Positions 52,157-64,000 of a DNA stretch of 64,000 nt are shown in pieces. A model generated the notes under the pieces. That model saw only the letters and a list, made by a program, of their open reading frames with translations. It had not been told where the DNA came from and did no database searches. The DNA is taken from contig JYFJ02000936.1 in assembly GCA_000934665.2 (NCBI GenBank), positions 1 through 64,000 on the forward strand. The letters run 5' to 3'. This DNA comes from Catajapyx aquilonaris (lineage: Eukaryota). A program made the position numbers and the translations under genes. The number at the start of each line of letters is the position of its first letter. The stretch's first letter is position 1.

Positions 52157-54090
52157 TCGTATTAACCAATTTCGGTTTTCTGATAGAAGAAAATGGCAGT
52201 GTTTTACTAACATTGGGCGACTTCAATGGTGGAATAGAAAAGCAACCCTTTTTTGACCATTTAAACGCCATATGAAACCATTTGCATGGGGGTCGAGCCA
52301 GATGCAAATCGTCCAAATGATTGCGGTGCCCAGGTCCTTTATTAAACAGTTTAGCTACATGCGTGTGAATGTTATGACCCTTCAAGACCACTGGCGTCTC
52401 CTAGATGAATAAGCGGGGGCCTGTAGGTGGCGTGAATGGGAGCGTCCGACACCTGTCAAAAAACCGGGCTTATCATCATTTGATCAGTGTTGGGCATGAC
52501 ACGAGATGGCTTCATGCTGATGATTCCGACTTGCTTCTGACGAGGGTGGGAAAGGGACAGGTTTTGTTGCTGCGTGTATGGGAAGGGTTGGTCCATGGGA
52601 GGGCCTGACCTGGAGAAATGGAAAAGGGGTAGTCGGAGGAAAGACTAATTGACCGATTAATTAGTAGCACTGCGCATATTTGTCATCGGCGTGTATGTCT
52701 CGACAAGTGTGGGCAATAGCATAGAACTAGGGCCAACTTAACTTGACCCGGTTTACCTATAAGAAACAACATTTCCTCCTCTCTTTCCGTTCCATAATGA
52801 TGAATCAGTACCCTCAACATGCAATTGGTTAATTGCCCAATTGTACGTCCCTGCTAAAGGCCCACGAGTAGCCCCGAGGCAGCCAGCACGCGATTCCTGC
52901 CGGACAATTTCCTCCGAGATATGAACCCTCCCATCTCTTGTTCATTGCTGATAATCTACACTCAGTAATTGAAGGCCATCTTACTTCATAGGTAACATAG
53001 ATCACGTGACCCAAATCAGCCATTATTTTATTCTTCAAGAAATTATTGCTTACTTTAAACATTATTGTCCTATTGAACTGAAGCTTCTTTTATTATGCAT
53101 CTTATTATTATGCTCTTTGTAGTAGTATTTAATTTTATAAATGAAAATGAACGATGACCGAGTGAAAGGCAGAATAATCAAATCCATTTTTCTCCGTAAT
53201 TATAAGGGGTTGAAGTTTGAACAATGTATTGAATTATCTATTGGATTTTTCAAAAATTATTTTAGGAGCTGTAATTGCTGTTACAGAAAACTGACTTGTG
53301 AAACTCTGAACATATACATGCCAAGGACACCGCTGTCCATCTCATTTCACCTAAATCGTCACAGTTCTGCATATTAAGTCTTCAGTTGATGTTTCCTGCC
53401 AGAAGCAAATTCATTGCAAGGTCATACACCTCTCCATCACCCATTTGTATGGACATGATGAGCAATATTGTCATTATCGGGTGTCTGGCTACAAGTGTGT
53501 GCCAGATATCTCACCTGGCCACAACATTCGGCGCCGATCATCAATTTTAGAAGCACCATGGATGGAGAAGGTCGCCAAATATGGCTCACTGGGCGCAATT
53601 ATCGTCGACTGGTCCGACACACGCACAAAAAAAGGTCAGTTGAAAAAGAAAAACGCGTAGTAATGGTACGGCCCGAGGGGGCTTCTGCCCCGATGTAAAA
53701 CGAAAATTCGAAGCCTAATTATTGTCAACAGTAATTCTGGGAGGAAACTTCTTCTGCAGCAGGGTCGGTTGGCCCACACGCTAGGCGTCAGCTCCAGTCA
53801 TCGAAGGACCACACAGAGAGGTGGGATGTTCATCTCCACCAAATTATTTCCGAAACAACTGTGATTTCTGATGAGGAGAGTTGCCTCCGGCCCAACCTTT
53901 CCTTCCGTGGCCTCACTGATTACGTTTCTAACTCTGGAAAGGGAGACGTGATGTAACCAAAAAATTGATTGATTACTTGACTGACTTGCAGACATTTTGT
54001 TGCTCAGGATGTCATTGCTGACCTTTTTGGAAAAACTTTCTAGAAATTGCATGAGCAGGAATGATTTTTAAATTGCTCAGATTGCTCCAA

Positions 54091-54337
54091 CATTGAAAAC
54101 CTGGACTGCATCGAAAAGCTGCGATATAGGTGAATAATATATCCGTAAGTTATTAATTGTAATGAATAATTATATTCACTGAGTGCATTTTTGAATCACA
54201 TAGACTAATTTAATTTTACAATGCACTCGATGCATATTATTATGTATGCATTATAAAATGTATAAAGGCAAATATTATTCGCCTATCACAGTTTTAGTTG
54301 TCAAATGAATAAAATAATGTACTCCAGGTGTTCAGTG
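54091..54337. mobile_element. CMC-like AT-rich MITE, short copy (247 bp), same family as 48759-49224
   Basis: AA|cattgaaaacctgga ... tgaataaaataatgtactccaggtgttcagtg|AA; one internal gagtgcatt...aatgcactc unit. Confidence 0.78.
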
Positions 54338-55833
54338 AAGTGAATCTAAACCACAGCACCGTGTAAACGATATTCTTCATGCCCAGTTTACTCCCATTTG
54401 TTTCTGCTAATTTAACATGGAGGAGGTAAATTCACTGATAGCAAAACAAGCCATAATTTATTTAATGGTTTTTGCTGGCGTTTCTTAATTTGGATCCCAC
54501 TTCTGGAACGGTAACTCCGCACAATCACGTTCATCGTGTGGAGATTACACCTCTTTAAAAAAAAATCGGGGCAACTCGGACCCATCTAGATCCACCAGCA
54601 GACCCATCTTCAAATCAAGCCAGTAACTCTCCCAGGCTTTAAAAAAATTTCACCCTAGTATAATGGCGGTCCATTTTGAAGCAGTGGGTTCACACACACG
54701 AATTTTCCGATGCCATGATTTCGAAGCCAAAGGGGGGTTGATTATGGGTAACGGGGTCGGGGTTGTTTGGGAAGCTTCCGGAAGACAAACCCTCGACTAG
54801 GTTAGTGCTGTGGAAAAATGCGAGTGAGCGATAGTGATCGCAAAGGGTCCAGAAAAAAAAATGTGAGGAGAAGTGACCCCATCTCCTTGACCCCTGGCCA
54901 TGATCAGAAGCCCGATGTCCATCGGGAGGCGTGTCCGAGGCGCCTGCTGGCTCCAGATGGGGCTTCCAGATTGCATAGGAAATTACGAATCCTTTTTTGG
55001 CCCAACCGTCTGCTGATGACCTCTACAGGGTGGTGCATCACTCAAATCCACAGTTCGATATAAATTCGGCAAAAAATTGCGACTCTGTGACATGAGATTT
55101 GGCAAAAGGCAATCATTTCGGTTGAAAAATTCATTAGACGAATTTACCTTGCATGTGTCCAGAGAAGCAACGTAAAGGTGTATTTTCTGTTAAAGTTGTG
55201 GACATGGGCCAACCTGTACCTTTCCCTTTATGCCCAGGCTGGCCAGCCGCATGTCTGTCCAGACGTCACTCCCGCCGTCTTTTAATTATTGCACCTCCGA
55301 TCTTTCATCTAAACGAGATCACTTTATTGCTGTTTACCTTTCTCGTCTTAATAAGAGCAAAAACGCTGGTTTTTAGGCGGAGGAAAGAATGAGGAGGGGA
55401 CTGGTATTGGACGGTTGGTCAGTCAGGCGTACTTTGTGCGGACCCGGTATCTTGCCGGGTGAATGATTAGCGTGAAACATGCCAGGGATGACCAAGAAGG
55501 GGCATTCCAGGTAGCCAGACTTTACCGCAATGAATTTTCTGAGAGCCACGTGAACTACATTGCACACCAGGTCAAGGTCAGAAAGACCTTCAGTATAGTA
55601 TGTTTACGTCCTTTGTAAATGATTTGAAGTATACAACATACTACAAAAACCAATAAAAATTTATCGCAAAATTCGTAGATAAAAATCTCAACCCTTATGC
55701 GTGTTGTAATTAACCGATTTTAGATGTAAATATTTCATAAAAATTGTATCCTGCATTGTGTTTGACTAACTGTTGGCCTAAACGGTCATATTTTCGTATA
55801 GGCTCTTCCAATAACATTTAGGATTGCAAAATA

Positions 55834-55960
55834 CAAACTTAGAATTTACTCTTCACGTGTATACACGTGAAAAGTAAATGCCAAGTTTGCCATCTCCTAT
55901 AAACCTATAATACAGTCGGCCATACGTATGGCCGACTGTGTAGGTTTATAGAAGATGGCA
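55834..55960. repeat. Two abutting loopless palindromes
   Basis: 55834-55889 centred on cacgtgta|tacacgtg; 55888-55960 centred on a perfect 28-bp acagtcggccatac|gtatggccgactgt. Confidence 0.85.
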
Positions 55961-58900
55961 TCGGGTATCATAAAGGAGTTTCTGAAGTGCTAACCAGACA
56001 TCAATTGATGACCCCCTGGAGAGATCATTACTATTGTAATGCATGTTCAGGGGTGCAGATGGCTCCAGAGCCATCTGCTCTTGTCTTTTTTTCTCTTTTC
56101 AATTGTTAAACTCAGCACACGTGTGTAAAAGTATCATCAGCAATCCACGGATGTAACAGCATCAATAATATTCCTTATTGTACTGGTGCAGCTCGACAAT
56201 AATAATTGATTGCTGGTATTGAAACGTATCAATCGAACGATCCAATACATATTATTGCTCATTCAAACCTCTTTATATCGGTATACAAGCGGCTATTGTG
56301 ACAATAAAATCAGGGTTGATTCAATCAGACACTTCGTGTGTATTAAGGCAACTACTGGTTGACGTAAGAAAGGTGAATTTTGGGCGTCCCTGTGGCGTGT
56401 ATGTGTGTGTGTGTGTTGATGCGTCACGGCAATCTCTTCAAGCCGTGATCTGTGGGAATGAGAAGAAGAGGAGGGTTAGATCCTGGCAGTTTGTTGAAGG
56501 GTGCAGAAAGATGGGGCAGTCACGCTGTAGCCCCTTGAGTGAATATGGGGCGGGGCCTAAATCTTTTTTTTTCATGTATTTTATTTCGGAAGGTTCCAGG
56601 CAACCCCCCCCCCCCTCCCTCCTCAGAGAATTTTATGCATTTCTTGTAAGAGCTGCCGGCAGAAATTGGGCCAAGAATAAATCCTACCGCCCAAATAATC
56701 TTCAGGAAGCATCTTTGAAGCACTTTCGCCGCGATGACACCAGGGACGTCCCACGTCCGACTGATTTTATGCCTGGGCTTCAATAACTCTGAAAATCACT
56801 TTCCCTCTCTCCGATGCTATCGGGATCTATCGTGGGTTTGTAGGGTGATTTAACGCACCCTTCCGAAATATACCCGAAATTTAACCAGCTTTAAAAAAAA
56901 TAAAAAACCAGGAAAAGTTATGGATGATGAATCAGAGAAACTTGTTAAAAGATAACTTCTTGTTGATTTTTGATTATATTTACAGCCGACCTTGCAAGGT
57001 TAAATTGCAATATTTGTTATCATATTTAATGATCTGACGAACTTACGAACTTACGAATTTAACGAATGATCCTACGATCTTAGTCGGCATAATTTTTCTA
57101 CCGGGCAATATCAGGTTTCTTCATTTCTGTCTTCCATTGTGGGAAGTGCACCACCCTGTATGTATGATACAAGCCCTGATCCCTTGTTTTGGGCACTTTT
57201 TGGGTCGATTTGGAGCAAAAAGTGAGATCCGGACAAGCCCAGCAACCCTGGTTCTCTCACTCGTTTGTCTGGTGTGGACGGATGGGATCCCCCAAGCCTT
57301 CATCGCCTCCGATCGTGATACAGTGCGGAAAGGGTTAATTCTTCCAATTAACCTCTTGCAAGGGGCCAAACTCCACCTCCAACCATTCACCAATCCAAGC
57401 TTGATGCTACTCGAGGCGGCTTCTCGCAAATAAAAATTTGCGGCAGTATATAGAAATAGGCCCATATATTGCAGCAAACACTTCTGGCTCTTACATGTTG
57501 AGTGGGGCTACTGAATGAGAAGGGAAGTCCAACCTTGATTGTTTTATGGCACCTTGTCCTTCATGTTTCCGTTTACGAGTTTTCAGGTGAAAACAGAGGC
57601 CTAAGTGGCAAACTACAGGATGACTCTATAATTTAGAGCTAGACACATAGGTAATGTACAGTACAAGTATAGTATTGTAGACTACCAGGATAGCCATTGT
57701 CAACCAACAATACCATACAATAATTACCTATGTGTACCTTAGGGTCACCCTGTAGAAAAGGCATCAAAAATAAGCAATACAACCTGGTTAATTGTTCCAC
57801 AAAATATGACTATAAAATAGTGGAATTTGATAATATACGAGTATATGAGTAATATACGGTATGTGTTTGTTTCTCACAATGTCTTTATTTATCTATATTT
57901 TAGTTTGTTAATTTAATTGCGCATTTTTCCACTCTTTAAATTGCCCAAGTGTACATTTTAAAACACTTGCTAAGCAATTTTTGTATTGAACAACGCAACC
58001 TGTGTCTTCCATATACTCCTGGAATAGATAAAATTAATACGTCACAGCGAACAGCTATGCATCAAGTTGTATAATTTAAGACCAGCCACAGCCCATATTT
58101 TGATTCAATGCAGGAGACATTTCCACTCTGCAATTTGACCCGTAAGCGGTCCGTAATAGTCGAGGAATGATTGAATGTAAAGACGGGAACGACTAAAGAC
58201 CACCTTGGAGTTGGTAGAAAAATCCTCCGGTGCAATACCATGGGACTGATGACTCGGGCATCCAAACCACCGTAATGATATTCAATTAGGAGGCAGGCAG
58301 GGTCCGATGGCCGAACCCAAATCACAGGTCGCGAGGCCCGATGTTTGCATGATTTTCGGTTCGGACCAGCGGGCTTCAAGGGCTCGAGGAAAGGACAGTC
58401 GTAATTATGACCGAAGAAGAGGGCTTCCGGTGTTGCCAAGCCGGACGAGGACAATGCTCCAAAATTGTGATTGGAGAGGACGGAAGCTTATTATTCGTCA
58501 CAGGAGACCTACAGGGAATACTTTAAAACTCATAATGATACTCTGCGTGAGTTTGAATGACTACAATTTACATTGTCGCTGCAAAATGCTCCGTTTTCTT
58601 ATTTGCCTGTGTGTGTGGAGCAGAGAGGACTGGAGGCGAGGGGGAAAATGTAACCATGGGATGTCATCGGTCCATAAGGTTCTTTCGGGGCCTTCCATAG
58701 CAGACTATATGATGATTACTCCATAACTACGACCAAACCATCATAATCTACACTAGCGAAACTATCTTCTGAGATATGTAACTATTTTTTGACAAAAAGT
58801 GGACCTTGATCGTTCTTTCCCCGAGGTCTTCAAGTACTAAGAGCAAAGTATGCTTTTATCTCTGGAAAATAAAAATTGTCATCTTTTATTCCCACACGAG

Positions 58901-61900
58901 CTCAGGTTTCTCACACACACGCGCATTAAAGTCCCTTCAAAGGCCCCACAAGAATTTACGGTACGGGCGTGATTTCCGGCCAGCCATCATGCTCCGGAGC
59001 AAAGAACGCTATTTGAACACCTCCAATTGAGGATAAAGGTTTTATTACGGGGGGGCAATTGAGCACTTTTTCTTATCTGCAAATCTAATCTGCAGCAGCG
59101 GAAAAACAAAGAGCGGGGGTCTCTCCCAACAAAAGGATTATTAGACAACAAACAAAAAAAAGAGAGGTTTTTGTTCAGTGCTGACAAGTAGAGAGGGTTG
59201 AGTCCCTAGAGGAGCCAAACCCTTCTCTCTCTTTGCATCCCTTTTGGATTTGTGGCAAGCGCCAGGGGTTGAATGGTTGGATGGACCATCGAGTATAGGA
59301 TGGGATAATAAACCGCGTGGTGTTGACCCAACTTCCTCCCATGCGCACCAGTCAATGGATTGCATTTAATTGGAAAGCAGCACTTGGAGGAGCAATCAGG
59401 GGAGTATATGCCTTGGTTGAATGGTGCAGGACAGGTCTGCCAACTTGCTAGACGTGTATCCCATAGCCAGGATGCCATACTTCATTAAGTGGAGGCTCGT
59501 GATGCCCGTTTCCGGTCACGGCCACCTCTGGACCATCTCATCATGACCAGTTCAAGGATGGTGTGTGAAGAATGAAAGAAGAAGAAGATGAGGGTTGGGG
59601 GTGGGGGGAAGGAAACGTGGTGTATACTGAAGGAGTTGTGTAACTACTTGTCTTTTTGCTAGGCACTTGATTATACTGGTGCCGGGTTTTGTGTGTTGCC
59701 AAATGGCTTAAATTGCAAAGTTTGCAGTGGACATTGGCATATCTTGCCAGATGAATCAGAGTGTTTCATAACTGTACAACTGCAGGAATACCAAAAATAA
59801 AAAATATGGGCCAAACTGTACAGTGTACATGATGGTTCAGATCTACAGTACACCTTACATTATAATGGCACAGTTCTTTACAGAAATACCATTTTTCACT
59901 TGCGTGTGTAGTGGTCAAAATAATATTAACTTTTCGTGTTTTAGGCGTAACATTTTTTCCAAGTGATCAGATTAAGCTGAAATTAAACCCATGTTTTAAA
60001 ATTAAATCCTATTCAAATTTTTCTTCATCAGTCCGGAGTTTTCTTCCGCCTTTTATTATGACAGTGTGAATTAATCAATATAACTTTTAGTGTCAATTAG
60101 CCCACAGCATTACAGTTTGAGCTGGCTGGAATTGGTTGTCAGTACGTTTTTGCTAACCTGCAAATTATGCACCTGCTGGGAGGTTAATGACGTGTTGAAC
60201 AAACATTGGTCACACAAAAAAATTTGTTTATTCTTTTCAGGTGTTTACCTCCTCGCTTACAATAATATTTTTGAACGATTTGCCCGCAGCAATAGCCTGG
60301 CGTCTTGTGAGGTGTATAATTAAGTTTTTTTGATACTGAAATTATTGTATTAAGCTTAAGATGAAAATGCATTGCTACACCTGCAACACCTTCCACTGAT
60401 TGTTGGGGGTAATTAATGGTATACTTTTAATTGACGGTGCTTGCAAGAAGAGTTAATCTTTTTTGACGAATTTTGTAATGATCAATAATGTTATTTAAAC
60501 CACTAGAGGAGAACAGTTGGTACCATTTGATTTCCCATCACTCCCAAAAGGACGTACGTTACCCTATAGGGACACCCTCCCTCCTTATATCTGATGCTGC
60601 GAACTGTGATGCTTGAAACGTGTCCACAACGCAAAGTTGATGCGATGCAAAAGAATTAATCCACTGGTTAAACACTGGGAATATATAAATCGCAGGGGGG
60701 TTGCTTCCCATTGTTTGCCTGGGAAACAAAAAGAGTATATAGGGTGGGGTTGGTCTTGCTTCGAAGGGGTTATCCCTCTTCTATAGATACTAATCAATCG
60801 AATCCACCCCATCCTCTCTCTCTGTTTTTTTTTACAGTCCGAGTATATAGTAAGATGGGTACGTTCTGAATTTCAAAACATTGATTACTCTGTCTATAGT
60901 GTGTACTTTCCGGAAGAGGGCGTAATAGGAACCAAACATGAAAGCAGGTGAATGTTTGGTTGAACCGGAAACAAGAGACTTTTAACCCAACCCTTTTATT
61001 TTTTGGGTAGAAGAGGGGGGGGCAGTCAATCAGATGTGGCCCAGGGCAACTAGACTTTAGTAATCAGGACACACTCAGCTGAAAGGAAACTTTTGAGGGG
61101 GGGAGGTGTGTCGGGTTCGAGTAACGTTTAGCTACGATCAATTAACTGCAGGAATTGGTTTTCGCCACGAGGAACAAATTGTTGGGGATGGTGTAATTAG
61201 AGGAACTAGATGAGCACCTTTGCGCGCTTGTTAATTAGGTCAAGGGCAGCAGATGCCTTAAATAGTGATCCTTTGGGGATGAATACCTCGGAGCACTATT
61301 GTTCCGACTCTAAACTTATCCCGGTTCATTTTTTACTCGAGAGTAAATTTTTATTTAAAAAAAGAAGAAACGATAGTTTTCGATTTGCGATACATTGCGC
61401 ACGATCTGGTAATTATGTATAGAAATTATGATGATAAAAATATTTCCATAAAATACTACTGTATCATAATGTTTTTGAATTAAATACAACCCCCTTACAA
61501 CAAGAATAAGCAAAATGTACTCGTATATTTATAAGCCAATTACTCCACATGAAAGTCATACTCATTGGGCCAATTTACACTTCACTCACTCTAATAACAA
61601 GGCAAGTCTTCCTACAACAATGCGAGTATTGTTGGGCCGTTGAGTCTTTCTAAGGCCTTTGTAGAGCCCATTTTAGTATATAACCAATTTGCTATTTTTG
61701 ATGCCTGTAATGCTGGTGATTGAGGATATCGGGCATTCATATAATGGAATCCGTGCTACTAATATTCTTAGACGTACAATTGCTTCCATGTGAAAAGGGG
61801 GCAGCGAGAAAGATATATTTTTTCACTCTCCCTTTTCTTTCCAGCAGCACAGATGAATGGTGATGACGGGAGTCCCTGGGCCATTTTTCCCATTCTCCCA

Positions 61901-64000
61901 ATGCGATGATGACCCTGCCCCTGACAAAAGGAGGTAAGAGAAGACATATCATTTTCATTTCTCCCAGCCAGCCGGACCCTGTAACCAAACTGTCCGATGG
62001 ACTAGTTAAGGGTCTGACAAACTTCGGAAAAGGTAGAAAAAAAAAGAAGACGAGAGAGTGTGTGGCGTGTCTATTTCGATTGACTTGGTCTATGAAAATG
62101 GGGAGTTGCTGCCGACCCCCCCCCCCTACCACCATCACCACACAGAAAAGGTCTGTGCGGTCAAAAAAGTGCACGTGTTCGGACAAAAGGTTGAAAAGAC
62201 TGCATTGTTGTCCTATACAAGGTGGGACAAGGACAGTACTGCAGCTGCGGTTTGGCTCTTGTTCCATTTTTATTCATATATATTTAACTTAACTGATATT
62301 ATTGAAGATTTCAGACATTATTGAGAGAGTGCAGGAATGCCCTGTGTTGTGAAAAATGCAACAAAAATTATTTTTGAAATTAATTTAACTATTATTTTCA
62401 TGTAATTTCATTTTGTAACTTCTAAGTATAATTGTTCAATTTTTATACTCAAATAGCTTTACAATTTGCAGCAATTAATTTTGTTATAACTAATTTGCAA
62501 ACTGTTTTTAATTTTAATTTATTCGCCAGCTTCGAATTAGCAGATAATTTTAGCCGTAGCTGATGATAGCAGTAGATATTTTGAAAAATTTGACTCCAAA
62601 TTTAGCTTTAGCAGTGTAGAAATTATTTCAGATAACTGAACAGTAATTTCATTCAGTTATTGCATGTACTTTAAAATTATCGAAAGTGAGAAATAATTTC
62701 AGTTACTTGCTTCTAATGCATAGAATGATGTTACTTTGTTTTAGCAGCTGGATAACAGGCCAAGAGAACAAATGAGATGTGTGACGTAAGGATTACCTGT
62801 ACCGGAAAGGGAAGCAATGTTTTCTCGTAGCGCATTAGGCCTATCCATGTCTGAGATAATTTACATTACAATGTTCGTGACAAGTGCAGATTAGAATGAG
62901 CCTTAAACGATTTCCAGACCACGCCCACTACCGCCGAAATCTAGCTGAAAATGAAAGTGCTCGTCATACATCAAACTCTTGGCCAGAAAATGATGCCATG
63001 AAAGTGTCGTTATACTAATTAACAGTCATTTACAAACGACATATATGGCAGGATCCGGGTTAATCTGTCGTTAACTCCTAACCGTTAGTTGAAAGTTGGA
63101 GAAACCTGTTGCTGCTTCAGTTTATTTATAATTTATTCCTTGTCTGAAGAAGGACTGTCCTGCATTTCCTGTGCGTTTTACCCCCGTTTATTTCTGGAAA
63201 CAAAGCAGGTCAGTGTTCCACCTCCGAAAAAAAAAAACTCTTCTTGAGATCTCCAGACATCAAGAACCGGTTAGCTGAGTCAGTAGGCTGCATTTCCAAA
63301 ATGTTTAATTCGAATCGCCTAATAGAGATGACAGCATCCGTGCGGGCCTGATCGGTCCTTATACATAAGTAGGCGTGTGATTTTTAATACGAATCCCAAA
63401 TTAATGAGAGGCTATGCAACGTTAATCGCTGCCATCCGGAGCCACCATGGTAATCAACCGGACTTGGATTGGGTGATCCGGTCCTCTTGTTCAGTCGGCT
63501 CCTTTGTTAACCTAGGCCCTTTCCCATAAGGTTCCCACTGTTTTTCCAAGAATTTTTCCACACTATAAAAATCGTGCGTCCTTTTTTCACTTTTTTTTTT
63601 GAGAGAGAAGAAGGGGTCCCCATGAATATGCAGGAGATAGCTTCTTAGGAGAACCCGTCGATCTCCAGTCAGCCGGACGTGTATTTCGGTGGGCCAAAGC
63701 ATACTGCGTGTGGTTTGGGGTAATTAGGCAGGATCGAGTAATCAGGAGGTAAAAAAACGGATAGGCTGGATAGGAGGGATAGAAAGGAAAAAGCGAGAAG
63801 AAACTAATTGCAGGTTTCCACGACCTTTGTGTAAGTCAGCATGGAGTATATTTACTCAGTCAGTCTCTTTTTGAAGAATCTTGGCTTTTTGGAGGTTCCA
63901 TTTTTACCTTCACCCCTTTTGGAGGGAGATGAAGTTGAAGGTCCCTTCTGCTTATTAAGATCCGGTTGCCGGTCATCTCTTTCGTTGTTGTTGGTTTTTT

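Noticed and set aside
32549..52435. CTCF-like motifs (~32583 gcgccatctatgg, ~45882, ~48585, ~52420)
   Set aside because: Imperfect matches at a frequency plausible by chance; needs PWM scoring or ChIP.
26036..58270. Several CTGATGA motifs (e.g. ~26036, ~53868, ~58247) checked as hammerhead ribozyme cores
   Set aside because: No correctly placed stem II, GAAA and cleavage triplet seen by eye; an Infernal search would be decisive.
15767..61122. GGTTCGA B-box-like motifs (~15767, ~19046, ~28734, ~61114)
   Set aside because: No upstream A box or cloverleaf, so no tRNA or SINE head is supported.
56298..62324. ORFs of 118-176 aa (56298, 57121, 58062, 58307, 61737, 61906)
   Set aside because: Low-complexity or homopolymer-driven translations overlapping on both strands, with no family motifs.

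Overview
This is AT-rich animal (invertebrate-like) genomic DNA, not prokaryotic: there are no operons, CRISPR arrays, rRNA or recognisable tRNA genes. The only protein-coding gene I can support is a complete 7-exon tetraspanin on the minus strand (ATG at 11487, stop at 4929, 274 aa). I rebuilt it by hand from GT-AG junctions; three of its coding exons are not represented in the ORF track. Its non-coding 5' exon and promoter probably lie around 12.8-14.5 kb, next to a degenerate minisatellite holding five TATCGATA (DRE) motifs. The remaining ~50 kb has no recognisable coding exons. It carries many short inverted-repeat elements from several DNA-transposon superfamilies, told apart by their termini and target-site duplications (TA, TAA, 2 bp, 4 bp, 10 bp), plus long hairpins, a 51-bp tandem repeat and microsatellites. 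I found no clear novel multi-gene system. The best leads are a pre-miRNA-like hairpin (47939-48025), a 304-bp palindromic element with a 10-bp TSD carrying CRE/CCAAT/YY1 motifs (51853-52156), a hairpin cluster at 26.8-27.8 kb, and possible tetraspanin splice variants.
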